64,000 nucleotides of DNA from Negativicutes bacterium (GTDB taxonomy: Bacteria; Bacillota; Negativicutes; UBA1444): NCBI GenBank assembly GCA_963665275.2, contig CAXXIN010000007.1, forward strand, positions 480,001-544,000, given 5' to 3'. The notes under the pieces are model-generated. The model was not told the DNA's origin and did not search any database. It saw only the letters and a list, made by a program, of their open reading frames with translations. Every line of letters starts with the position of its first letter. The stretch's first letter is position 1. The translations under genes were made by a program, and so were the position numbers. This document shows positions 49,791 through 59,541 of the stretch, piece after piece.

Positions 49791-52700
49791 TCATGCAGGA
49801 TTAAACCGTTTTGATTGCTCCATCGCGATAAACTTGCCTACCAGTTTGGGATCGAACTGAATGCCTGCATTTCTACGCAACTCATCAATAGCAGCCTCCT
49901 CACTCATTGCCTTTCGATACGGTCGATCGTTTGTCATAGCGTCATAAGCATCAATAATAGCCAAAATCCTGCACTCGATCGGAATATCCTCGCCTTTGAG
50001 TCCCACGGGATATCCCTGGCCATTCCACCATTCATGATGTTTTAATATCCAATCAGCTATAGGGGAAAGCTCCGAAGAAGCATGGGCAATGCGATACCCA
50101 ATTTCAACATGCCGTTGCATTTCCTTCTTTTCCACTGCAGTCAACTGATCTGGTTTTAAGAGAATGTTATCCGGAATGCCTACCTTACCAATATCGTGAA
50201 ACTGCGCCAATAAGCGGATATCAGCGATTCTCTTTTCCGCCAGTCCATGCTTCCTCGACAGCTTTATTGCTAAACCTTGCAGCCTATCAGCGTGCCCCTC
50301 GGTATTAAAATCCCGTACTTCCAGAAGTTTCATCGCTGTTTGCACCATATCGCTACGTACACTTTGCTTATGATGCATTTTTTCCCTATACATAGAGTCA
50401 TCAGCCTCTTTGAACAACGCTTCTGCCGAAACCAGGCGTAAACCGCTTACCGTATACCCCAAGGAAATACTGAGATCCACTCCGTTTGTTCCCCGATTGT
50501 GCTCGGAGATTTTCTCCCGAATTCTCTCACAAACCGATTCTACAAAATGCTCGTCGGCTTGCAGAAGAATAATAGCAAATTCATCTCCACCTATCCGGGC
50601 AACCACATCCTCTTCACGTACAGTGTGTTGAAGAATCTCGGCGGCTATCTTCAGTAATCGATCCCCTGCCGCATGTCCCAGAGTATCATTGAACAACTTC
50701 ATGCCATTTATATCACAGATAATCAACCCTATGGGATAATTTCTTTCAGCCCCGGTACGGGTTAGCTTTTCTTCAAAATAGCTTCGGTTATAGCATCCGG
50801 TAAGAGCATCATAACTGGCAACGTATTTAAGTTTTTCTTCCGCTTTCTTGCGCTCACTGATATCGCGTGTAATAAACAAGATGCTCTCTTTTCCATTTGC
50901 TTTGATACTCCGCGCCGAAATCAAACTATAGAGTATATCGCCATCTTTTCTCCGGATTTTTATTTCCAAATTGAAAATCTCGCCGTGACGTTTCACTTCC
51001 TTTATCATATGTTCCCAGTCTCGAGGATCGATCCATAGGCAAAGTGCTAATGACGATTCTTCGATCACTTCTGCTTTGGAATAGCCACTCATTTGGCTAA
51101 ACCCTTCGTTCACCTCAATATACGTGCCATCGTATCGTACAAGAGCGATTCCGTCTGGGCAGATCTGAAAAATTTCGGAAAATTTTTCTTCCGAACTTCG
51201 CAGGTCTTCTTCAATTTGTTTGCGCTCCTGTATCTCTGTTTTATAGTCAGCAACCAGTTGAGCATTACTCAAGGCAAGAGAGACCAAATCGGCAAACCGC
51301 TGGAGTAAATATATTTCGCGATCATCGAGAGTTCGTTCCAAATCGGAAAAAGCCATACTGAATGCGCCCATCATTCTCTCACCATTCTTTAATGGAACGG
51401 AAGCAACATAGTGTATTTCGTCAAAAGCATGATTAGAGAGACGGTGTTCCCATACACAATAATTGTCTACTGCAACAAATTCACCACTTTCATAGGTCTT
51501 GCCAATAATACCTTCCGTGATTTTTCCTTCCATTTCAATTTGAGCAAAGATTCCCGTACCAACTTTCCAGCCATATGTCTTATCTTGTTCGTCGAATAGC
51601 ACTATGCAACCGCTTGAGGCACCAAAAAGCGCTGCTGTGTCATACACAATTTTCTTCAACACCTCATCCGATTCAATGCTATTCATCAACCCCAGAGCCG
51701 TTTCATGCAATAATGTCAATATCACATTCTGGCGATAAATTTGTTCTTCGCGAACTATCAATTCATCTACTTGCTGCCGCAATTCTTCTTCTGAAGCGGC
51801 AAGTTCCTCATGAATCGCCAAAAGCTCTTTGTGTAACCGTCGGTATTTTTCCTCACTTGCACGAAGTCCGATTTCTCTGGTCATCACCTCCGCTACCATG
51901 TTGTTAAAGGCGCCCGCAAGTTGGCCAATTTCATCTTGCGTCGTTATTTCCAGTTTTATTGGTATATCCCCGGCCGCCACGCGGACGGTTGCCGCCGCTA
52001 TTTCTTCAATCGGCTTGACAAGTAACCCTGCAACAACAAAACCTAGCACCATTGCAAGAACAACGGCGAAAATCGTCATAAGCATACTGATGTTTCTTAC
52101 GCTGATCGCTTCAGCCAATGCTTCGGAAAGTGGCTGCTGTGCCACAACTCCCCAACCAGTAAGAGGTATGTAACTGTATCCAGCTAGTTTTTTCTGGCCA
52201 TTAAATTCATATTCCACGCAGCCAGTTTGCTTACTGAGGGCGGCTTTTACCGGGGTCAGAGAAGAAATATCACGATTGCTCCCAACGAGCTCACGGTTTG
52301 GATGAATGAGAACATTTCCGTTCTTATTGACGACATATGCATAGCCGCTACTGCCAATATTAGTTTGTTCAATAAAATCAATAAAATTCTGCAAGTCGAT
52401 GCCGATGATAAGTACGCTGTGAAGTGTCTGGTCATCATTTTTAATCGGCTCCGCAATCATGATGGCCAACTTTCCGGTAGTTTTGGATACGAGTGCGTCT
52501 GAATAAGCAGTTTCACCTGTTCTTCGCACTGTCTGGAAATATTCCCGGTCACTGTAGTTTCCCTCGCCTATCTTCCCATCAGAGCGCACCAGCAACTTGC
52601 CGTTGACATCCACCACAATAGCCATTAATAAATCAGAGTGGTTGGCGGTCAGTTCTTTAAGAGCCTCCACCTGCCTGGAAAAGTCCATGGATTTAACATC

Positions 52701-52961
52701 TGAATTCGCAGCGGCGATTTTCAGCATTCTTGTCTTTTCCACAAGCAATTGATTGAGATTACCGGAAATATCTGTTGCTAGTATGCTATTCCTCTCATAA
52801 GCAGATTTTTCCATTGACTGCTCCGTTATATGCAAGGTCACAGCAGTCATGACGAGCATGGGGATTATTGCCAGTGTGACAAAAGCAATGCTCATTTTTT
52901 TTCGCAGAGTTAGCTTTGCTCTCAGCGTGCCCAGCAACTTCCCAAAACCTTTTCTTGCCAT
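49791..52961 (-). CDS. dCache-HAMP-GAF-PAS-GGDEF-HD-GYP hybrid c-di-GMP enzyme
   Basis: YSDREYF dCache, DEIGQL, GAF (SVPLK...LLQRFA), PAS (EVNEGF..SGYS, RDISERK), RIGGDEF, HDIGK, HHEWWNGQGYP. Confidence 0.92.
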   Translation of the reverse strand: MARKGFGKLLGTLRAKLTLRKKMSIAFVTLAIIPMLVMTAVTLHITEQSMEKSAYERNSILATDISGNLNQLLVEKTRMLKIAAANSDVKSMDFSRQVEALKELTANHSDLLMAIVVDVNGKLLVRSDGKIGEGNYSDREYFQTVRRTGETAYSDALVSKTTGKLAIMIAEPIKNDDQTLHSVLIIGIDLQNFIDFIEQTNIGSSGYAYVVNKNGNVLIHPNRELVGSNRDISSLTPVKAALSKQTGCVEYEFNGQKKLAGYSYIPLTGWGVVAQQPLSEALAEAISVRNISMLMTIFAVVLAMVLGFVVAGLLVKPIEEIAAATVRVAAGDIPIKLEITTQDEIGQLAGAFNNMVAEVMTREIGLRASEEKYRRLHKELLAIHEELAASEEELRQQVDELIVREEQIYRQNVILTLLHETALGLMNSIESDEVLKKIVYDTAALFGASSGCIVLFDEQDKTYGWKVGTGIFAQIEMEGKITEGIIGKTYESGEFVAVDNYCVWEHRLSNHAFDEIHYVASVPLKNGERMMGAFSMAFSDLERTLDDREIYLLQRFADLVSLALSNAQLVADYKTEIQERKQIEEDLRSSEEKFSEIFQICPDGIALVRYDGTYIEVNEGFSQMSGYSKAEVIEESSLALCLWIDPRDWEHMIKEVKRHGEIFNLEIKIRRKDGDILYSLISARSIKANGKESILFITRDISERKKAEEKLKYVASYDALTGCYNRSYFEEKLTRTGAERNYPIGLIICDINGMKLFNDTLGHAAGDRLLKIAAEILQHTVREEDVVARIGGDEFAIILLQADEHFVESVCERIREKISEHNRGTNGVDLSISLGYTVSGLRLVSAEALFKEADDSMYREKMHHKQSVRSDMVQTAMKLLEVRDFNTEGHADRLQGLAIKLSRKHGLAEKRIADIRLLAQFHDIGKVGIPDNILLKPDQLTAVEKKEMQRHVEIGYRIAHASSELSPIADWILKHHEWWNGQGYPVGLKGEDIPIECRILAIIDAYDAMTNDRPYRKAMSEEAAIDELRRNAGIQFDPKLVGKFIAMEQSKRFNPA

Positions 52962-53047
52962 CGACTAACTCCCTCATTTTCGCTTACGTTCCCCTATCAT
53001 TAGGCAGGGAGCAGATACAAGAGCAATTCTCAACCTATTGGCGAAAC

Positions 53048-54766
53048 CTATTTCGGAAGAACAGTCATAGAACTGGAACATTTATTCACAAAAATGGGGA
53101 AAAAATCAAAATCCCCTTGTATGATATGTCCAATAATCACATCCTGAATTAAGTATTTTGCGATATTTATCGGCTCTTCTTCCCCTGAAAGAAATGCATC
53201 AAACAGTTTTAATGTCTTGCAAACCAGATCCTGATGAATTTTCTTGTGCTCAGCATATTTGGTATATTCAAATTCCTCTAGAGAGCTTTCCTCACGTTTG
53301 AAGTGCTCAACAACTTCTTCGGTTAACGCTGAAAACAAACTGACAATAATTTTTTGGTTATTATCTATTAAACAGTTATAAATGATTTCGTTAGACATAT
53401 CTATTAACTTATGATGATCCGAATCTATCTGTGGATGTCCACATCGAAAGAAAGGCCCCCACTCAATCGTCATTGTGAGTCCCTTTATAATCTGCAACTC
53501 TTCATTACTGACAACTCTATTTCTGCCTGTCAATTTTGCCAGATATAAGGAATTGTCTAATCGCTTTAAAGCGCTCTTTTCATCATCGTTCATTTGCCAT
53601 TGAGTTATTCCAAAACTTGCAGTTACACTTCTTGTATCCTTGAAATTATGTTGCTCTATAAGCATTCTCATTTTTTCTGCGATCAGAACGGCTTTTTCCG
53701 CGTCGGTGTTACCCAATAAAACAATAAATTCTTCTCCGCCCCATCGGCATAGAACATCAGTTATTCTTATGCTGTTGTCTATTATATGAGCAATTTCCTT
53801 AAGGACATAGTCTCCCTGCAAATGCCCATACTCATCATTAATGTTTTTAAAATGGTCAATATCAAACAAAATAAGTGAAAACGGCTCCGCGGTTCTACAA
53901 GTCTCAGCTATCTTTTTCTTAAAGGCATCAACAAAACAGGTTCGATTATAAATCCCTGTCAAACTATCCTTTGTTGCTAACTCAAAAAGTTTTTCATTTT
54001 GTCTTGCAACATTACGGTTCAAGTTATGATGGTTAAGACAAAAAACAATTTTGGACATAAACAATCTGTGATTCAATGGCTTTAGCAAATAATCATCTGC
54101 GCCGCAACGCAGACAATGAGGAATTATTTCCCCATTATCGTAAGCCGTAATCAGGATGATTATGGCGTCATCATTTGTTTCCCGAATATGGATAATCAAA
54201 TCCTCGCCATTATGATTTGGCATAACCAAATCAGTTAAATACAAATCATAATTCTTATTACACTTTAAAAATTCAGACGCATCCTGATAATAATCTGCAT
54301 TTTTTATATCATTAATTAAAAAAAAGCTCTTAATGATCTCCAGAGAAAACCGGCTGTCATCCAGCACAGCAATCTTCGCGTTTTTTAAGAATTCGGCATT
54401 TTCTTTTTCTCTGTTTATCGTCTGCAAATACATTTCAAATCGTTGATCATTAAACGCACTCTTATTTAAATAGGCCATAATGCCCAACTTAAAACATCTT
54501 TTCTTCGTCTCAAAGTCTTGTTCTGATGTAATAACAATGATAGAAGGATGTATATAACCATTAGAAGCCATCTGTTTTATCAAATGGTCACTAAATTCTT
54601 GATAAATTTGATGATCAGTAATTAACAAATAATATTCATTTTCTTTAAAAGCTTCACGGATTTGCTCATACGAATCTACACATTGATAGGAAAAACCATT
54701 CTGCCTGACAATGTCTTCGATTAACTTGGAAAAATTTTCATCTTTCTCAAGGTGTAAGACCCGCAT
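53048..54766 (-). CDS. REC-REC-GGEEF diguanylate cyclase with C-terminal hemerythrin domain
   Basis: LITD and LTDLVMP receivers, RWGGEEF, hemerythrin ligands DSDH / HFKREE / HKKIH / HIIQGD. Confidence 0.9.
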   Translation of the reverse strand: MRVLHLEKDENFSKLIEDIVRQNGFSYQCVDSYEQIREAFKENEYYLLITDHQIYQEFSDHLIKQMASNGYIHPSIIVITSEQDFETKKRCFKLGIMAYLNKSAFNDQRFEMYLQTINREKENAEFLKNAKIAVLDDSRFSLEIIKSFFLINDIKNADYYQDASEFLKCNKNYDLYLTDLVMPNHNGEDLIIHIRETNDDAIIILITAYDNGEIIPHCLRCGADDYLLKPLNHRLFMSKIVFCLNHHNLNRNVARQNEKLFELATKDSLTGIYNRTCFVDAFKKKIAETCRTAEPFSLILFDIDHFKNINDEYGHLQGDYVLKEIAHIIDNSIRITDVLCRWGGEEFIVLLGNTDAEKAVLIAEKMRMLIEQHNFKDTRSVTASFGITQWQMNDDEKSALKRLDNSLYLAKLTGRNRVVSNEELQIIKGLTMTIEWGPFFRCGHPQIDSDHHKLIDMSNEIIYNCLIDNNQKIIVSLFSALTEEVVEHFKREESSLEEFEYTKYAEHKKIHQDLVCKTLKLFDAFLSGEEEPINIAKYLIQDVIIGHIIQGDFDFFPIFVNKCSSSMTVLPK

Positions 54767-55023
54767 CTCGGCACCCCCTATAATCTTAACTATTTACAGA
54801 AGGCTTATGGAAACACTGATTTTATCGACGCCAATTAGATGTAAACAAATTCTTATTATATTAATTTCGCGATTAATTTAAAGTTCCTATCGACAATCAG
54901 TATAAAAATATGCCCATCCTTTTATATTGGTTGCCACATGTAAGAACCGCTAATTTTTGTTACCATACCCATAAATCTTCCAATAGTCACCTGATTAATT
55001 ATCAGTCAAGATTAAACTCACCG

Positions 55024-55066
55024 TAAAAAAAAGGACCTCCTGTCGTAGGATAACTATGACAGGAGT
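55024..55066 (-). terminator. Intrinsic terminator
   Basis: ctcctgtcatag..ctacgacaggag plus T8 on the minus strand. Confidence 0.6.
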
Positions 55067-55135
55067 GGATAATATTTTCACAAGAGATTCGAAAGATATC
55101 GTCGTTAGAAACGAACAACTGCGCGTCCATTGGTT

Positions 55136-55185
55136 AAAATAAGACAAAGCCCGCTCTAAAAAGCGAGCGGGCTTTGTCTTATTTT
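55136..55185. terminator. Strong hairpin after the antitoxin gene
   Basis: Perfect 21-bp stem aaaataagacaaagcccgctc / gagcgggctttgtcttatttt. Confidence 0.75.
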
Positions 55186-55219
55186 CGCGCTGACTTAAAA
55201 GCTAGTTCAATAATTTTTC

Positions 55220-55489
55220 TCAACGAAACGAAATATGCACTTCCTTGCCCAAGCCAGCTGCTACCCTTTTGAGGAACTTCAAGCTAGGGTTATAATTTCC
55301 TGATTCCAGACGACTAAGGTGAGATTGATTAATTCCAGTTCGGCGTGAAAGCTCCTGCTGGGAAAGTTGAAGTTCTTCACGAGTGTCGATCATCGCCCGA
55401 ATGATCTCATATTCTGGCTCAAGCTCCTCATACGCATCGCGAAATTCAGGGTCGTCCAGTTTTTGTTTTTTATACTCTTGAAAATTCAT
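55220..55489 (-). CDS. XRE-HTH antitoxin (HigA-like)
   Basis: DPEFRDAYEELEPEY, LSQQELSRRTGINQSHLSRLESG.YNPSL..LKRVA. Confidence 0.88.
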   Translation of the reverse strand: MNFQEYKKQKLDDPEFRDAYEELEPEYEIIRAMIDTREELQLSQQELSRRTGINQSHLSRLESGNYNPSLKFLKRVAAGLGKEVHISFR

Positions 55490-55706
55490 TTTGACGACCT
55501 TCTTTCGTAGTCAGATTTATAACGAAGAGCTTTTTCTAATTTTTCTTGAGGTGTTTGGAATAGGGTTTTCGTAACCGATACCCACATTCCGCCAGAATAT
55601 CAAGAGATCGGACGGCTTTGGCCTGCAAGTCGTGAGGCAAGTTGTCAATAAACTCGGTAACCGGTCATTTTCCCGATAGGGCCGTATAAAAAAGGAGATT
55701 GAACAT
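55486..55706 (-). pseudogene. Inactivated RelE/HigB (Gp49-like) toxin
   Basis: MFNLLFYTALSGK-stop-PVTEFIDNL...LRKPYSK, then directly TPQEKLEKALRYKSDY; RBS gggagg; TGA overlaps the antitoxin ATG. Confidence 0.75.
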
Positions 55707-55730
55707 TTTTGCCTCCCTCACAAATTTATT

Positions 55731-55750
55731 TTATGTCATATATGAAATAA
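55731..55750. promoter_or_regulatory. Near-perfect palindrome upstream of the TA locus (candidate antitoxin operator)
   Basis: ttatgtcatatatgaaataa. Confidence 0.55.
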
Positions 55751-55752
55751 TA

Positions 55753-55990
55753 TTAAGTCAGAAGAAACTCCTCATACCCTGGTATTCCTCCAACATCCTC
55801 AGGCGGACAAGCGCCTTCTCCTGCCAAAATTATCGGATTAGCCCAATATGATAATCCTCGTCTATTTTATCAAGCGTTATCGTGTGCTCCCAATCATCGC
55901 CGAAGTCATAAACATACTGAATCGTTTTGTACTCCTCAAGATATCGATCTATTTTAACGGTCTGTGGCTGCCTTATCGCCGTTTCCAGAG
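55753..55990 (-). pseudogene. Fragment of a pRiA4b ORF-3 / IS1096 passenger TnpR family gene
   Basis: YVYDFGDDWEHTI and, after a frameshift, GEGACPPEDVGGIPGYEEFL. Confidence 0.75.
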
Positions 55991-56143
55991 CTCTAGCAAT
56001 AATCTCAAGCGGATCGTTTCGCTTTGGTGAGCGTTATCTCCTTATATTTCTCTTGATAAAACATAAACTCCGCATTCCCACGCTTGAAATGCCAATCGCC
56101 CGAACCGAAGTCCAGGCGAACACAATGCTTCATGGGAAGTTAA

Positions 56144-57160
56144 TTATCCACGCACCATATCCTTTGTGATTTCACTCAGGCTAAAGGCGCCACACATAGC
56201 CATCGTGTCCTGCAATTCTCCAGCCAATTTTTCAATATAAATCTTCACGCCTTCCTTTTCACCGCCATAAACGGCTGTAACAAACGGACGACAGATGATA
56301 ACCCCGTCGGCGCCAAGTGCCAGCGCCTTGAAAATATCTGTACCAGAACGGATCCCGCCATCAACGAGGATCTTCATCTCGCTGCCGACAGCCTCCACAA
56401 TTTCTGGCAGAACTTCGGCAGTTGACGGACACTGATCCAGCACCCGTCCTCCATGATTAGAAACAACAATGGCCCTTGCCCCAGCTTCTTTGGCCTTCAG
56501 TGCGCCCTTGACGCTCATAATGCCTTTTACAATAAACGGAACACCGACAATTTCAGAAATTCGCCGAAGCTCTTCGACTGATTTTCCACCGGCCGGAGGT
56601 GTCATGTTTTTTAGGAAAGGCAATCCAGCTGCATCGATGTCCATGGCAACAGCAAAAGCACCTGATTTATGCACTAGCTCCATTTTTTCTTTGATCGTAT
56701 CGATATTCCACGGTTTAACAGTAGGGACGCCGCACCCATTTGCTTTGGCGATTGCCGCTGTCGCGCCCTCCATGACTTGCGGATTCGCGCCGTCGCCAGT
56801 AAAAGCAGCGATCCCATTTTCCATGCAAGCCGACACAAGAATATCATTATAGGACATATCGCTATATTTATCACTGTAATGCATGCTGACCGCGCCAACC
56901 GGTCCTGCGAAGAACGGAAATTTGAAAGTCTGGCCAAATAACTCCAAAGTCGTATCTACTGGTCGGCTCGCACAGAGGGTATCCATATTGACACGGATCT
57001 CCTGCCATTTCTGATAGTTGCGAATGGCCGTATCTCCGACCCCCTTGGCTCCTGGGCCAGGAATAGAATTTTTACACACAACCCCATTACACACATTGCA
57101 CGCCTTGCAGTAACTACCGATACAGGTACGCGCATTTTCCAGTACTTCCTTATAATTCAT
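56144..57160 (-). CDS. FMN-dependent alpha-hydroxy-acid oxidoreductase with N-terminal Cys cluster
   Basis: CKACNVCNGVVC, IVKGI, VSNHGGRVLD, DGGIRSGTDIFKALALGA. Confidence 0.9.
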   Translation of the reverse strand: MNYKEVLENARTCIGSYCKACNVCNGVVCKNSIPGPGAKGVGDTAIRNYQKWQEIRVNMDTLCASRPVDTTLELFGQTFKFPFFAGPVGAVSMHYSDKYSDMSYNDILVSACMENGIAAFTGDGANPQVMEGATAAIAKANGCGVPTVKPWNIDTIKEKMELVHKSGAFAVAMDIDAAGLPFLKNMTPPAGGKSVEELRRISEIVGVPFIVKGIMSVKGALKAKEAGARAIVVSNHGGRVLDQCPSTAEVLPEIVEAVGSEMKILVDGGIRSGTDIFKALALGADGVIICRPFVTAVYGGEKEGVKIYIEKLAGELQDTMAMCGAFSLSEITKDMVRG

Positions 57161-57211
57161 CCTATTTTCTCCTTCTTTCCTCATCCATTTATCATTTTCA
57201 TGATTAGAATT

Positions 57212-58123
57212 TCAAATCGTTGGGGCTTCGGCCTTGAGAAAGGTTTCAATATTTTTCAGCACTTTTTCGCTCAGTCTGTCAAACGCCTGCCGAGTAAGCC
57301 CGGAAGACACGTTCATGCAGTTCACGTGGGGGTTCCCAAGCAACTTGCCTGTATCATCGCCGAGCGCGGCGGCAGTGTCACAGAAAAATTCGTTATCCCC
57401 ATGTTCAAGCCATTTGGTAAGAGCGGAAACATCGTGCGACGGACCGATCGAAGTATTGAACATTATTTTATGATTTCCAAGCCAACCGAATTGTTCATCC
57501 TGGAACAAGATGACGTTTTTGTTTAGGCAGGTACAGACGACATCCACATTATTTAGCAGTTCTTTCAACGGCAGGTATTTGATGTTTTTTGCTTCTTGTT
57601 CCGGCTTGCGAGTCCGGCTGAAATAATACAAATCGGCTTCAAGGGCCTGAAGGCCGGCTGCAATCAACTGCCCTGAGGTACCGAGACCGACTATGCCGAC
57701 TTTCAAATCGACAAGCTCCACCGGCAGCTCCTGCCACTGTTTATCACCGAAACCGTGAAGATAGCGAATCAGTTCACTCGTAATATATTCGACAACTCCC
57801 TGATCTCCGTAGTCACGGATACCAGATACCTTGATATTTCTGGCTCGCGCTGTGCGAATGTCTACGTTGGCGCTTTCTTCAGAATACAGACTGCAGCACA
57901 TGCCGATGTAGCGTATGCCGTGGCAAGCCTCAAGCACGTTCTGTTCAATACGGCTTGTGAAACTAAGCAACACGGCGTCCGCATCACCGATCCGGCGAAT
58001 TATTTCCGCATCATCTTTCGGAACATCTTCAAACAGGACGACTTTTTTTGCATAATCATGGAGTTTCTGCCGCGCTGATGGAATCAGCCTGACCGGTTCT
58101 ATGGCAACCAGCTTTTCAAACAT
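57212..58123 (-). CDS. D-2-hydroxyacid-dehydrogenase-fold NAD(P)-binding protein with non-canonical active site
   Basis: GIVGLGTSG Rossmann motif, YFSRTRK, DADAVL, YLPLKELL..VD. Confidence 0.75.
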   Translation of the reverse strand: MFEKLVAIEPVRLIPSARQKLHDYAKKVVLFEDVPKDDAEIIRRIGDADAVLLSFTSRIEQNVLEACHGIRYIGMCCSLYSEESANVDIRTARARNIKVSGIRDYGDQGVVEYITSELIRYLHGFGDKQWQELPVELVDLKVGIVGLGTSGQLIAAGLQALEADLYYFSRTRKPEQEAKNIKYLPLKELLNNVDVVCTCLNKNVILFQDEQFGWLGNHKIMFNTSIGPSHDVSALTKWLEHGDNEFFCDTAAALGDDTGKLLGNPHVNCMNVSSGLTRQAFDRLSEKVLKNIETFLKAEAPTI

Positions 58124-58156
58124 TTCGCGAGCCCTCTTTTCAAGTATATTTTACAA

Positions 58157-58426
58157 TCACTTTTTACCCTTATTACCAATCTTACTGCCATTAAATAAAA
58201 ACCGTATAATGGTCAGCGCTTCAGAAGGTTTCATGTTGTCTTCATAGCCTAACTCTTTAAACTCTGCCCAAATACTCTCTTGAATTTCTTGCGAAAGCAC
58301 GGTCAGACTCCGAAGTTCAGGAATCACAGCGTTGATTTCACCGTTATCCATCAATGCAATAATGCCACGGCCTTTTCCAACGCCAATAAGCATCAGAAAT
58401 ATAGCTACCTTTTTTACTGGCAACAA
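58157..58426 (-). CDS. Small protein resembling the FliG N-terminal domain
   Basis: RBS ggaggt; KKVAIFLMLIG...MDNGEI...LSQEIQESIWAEF pattern. Confidence 0.45.
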   Translation of the reverse strand: MLPVKKVAIFLMLIGVGKGRGIIALMDNGEINAVIPELRSLTVLSQEIQESIWAEFKELGYEDNMKPSEALTIIRFLFNGSKIGNKGKK

Positions 58427-58660
58427 TACAAACTACCTCCAGATGCTTTTCACCTACATTGTGTTTTCCCCAACTTGCTTTGGTGAAGATCGTTTGCTCC
58501 ACTTCTATTATTATACTTTTGCGGCGTTCTTCCTGCCACCGTGCCGATTCTAACAATCCGTTTTGTTTTTTAAAAAATGAAAAGGTGAAAACTCTGTGAT
58601 GGAAGAATACTACTCGTTGAGGCGAAGAAGCGGAATGCAGTTTGGAAAGGAGCACTAATA

Positions 58661-59437
58661 ATGGAAATATTGCGATCAAAAAAAGGCTTTCTTTGTGATA
58701 TGGATGGTGTAATTTATACAGGCAACAACCTGCTTCCCGGCGTCAAAGAATTCGTTGAATGGTTATATCGTGAAAATAAAGAGTTTTTATTTTTGACCAA
58801 TAGCAGTGGCAAAACACCTAGAGAGTTGCAGCAAAAATTGGAACGCATGGGACTAAAGGTAGATGAAAGCCATTTTTACACGAGCGCCTTGGCAACAGCC
58901 AAGTTCTTGAGCCACCAAAGCCCGGGTTGCAGCGCTTACGTAATCGGAGAACCTGGACTCTTTAACGCTCTGCACGATGCCAACATTACTTTCAATGACG
59001 TTGACCCTGACTACGTGATCATTGGAGAAACCATGAATTACAACTATAACCTCATCGTCAAAGCCATGAATCATGTTCTAAACGGGGCCAAACTTATCGG
59101 CACAAATACGGATCTTACAGGACCATCAGAAAACGGCATCTTGCCGGCTTGTCGTGCTCTCGTCGCGCCCATTGAGATTACAACAGGCAAAAATGCATAC
59201 TACATAGGCAAGCCTAATCCGCTGATGATGCGCACCGGCTTGCAAATATTGGGTATCCATTCTGGCGAAACTGCAATGATTGGTGACCGCATGGATACAG
59301 ATATTATCGCTGGCATTGAAAGTGGTCTTGATCCTATTTTAGTTCTCTCTGGCGTCACAAGCATCAACGAAATAACGAACTATCCCTTCCGCCCCAGACT
59401 AGTTCTTGAAGGGGTCGGGGAGATTCCGCCAACTTAA
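58661..59437 (+). CDS. nagD: HAD-IIA phosphatase (NagD-like)
   Basis: DMDGVIY, LTNSS, TNTD, IGKP, IGDRMDTDI, VLSGV. Confidence 0.88.
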   Translation: MEILRSKKGFLCDMDGVIYTGNNLLPGVKEFVEWLYRENKEFLFLTNSSGKTPRELQQKLERMGLKVDESHFYTSALATAKFLSHQSPGCSAYVIGEPGLFNALHDANITFNDVDPDYVIIGETMNYNYNLIVKAMNHVLNGAKLIGTNTDLTGPSENGILPACRALVAPIEITTGKNAYYIGKPNPLMMRTGLQILGIHSGETAMIGDRMDTDIIAGIESGLDPILVLSGVTSINEITNYPFRPRLVLEGVGEIPPT

Positions 59438-59541
59438 TCCGCTGATCGGTTAATCATTCTAAGCTTATCACGCCTGTCCGACCTCCCAATCGGAGGTCAT
59501 TATTTTATCATTGCCCAGCTCTCTTTGTTGCGATGCGAATA

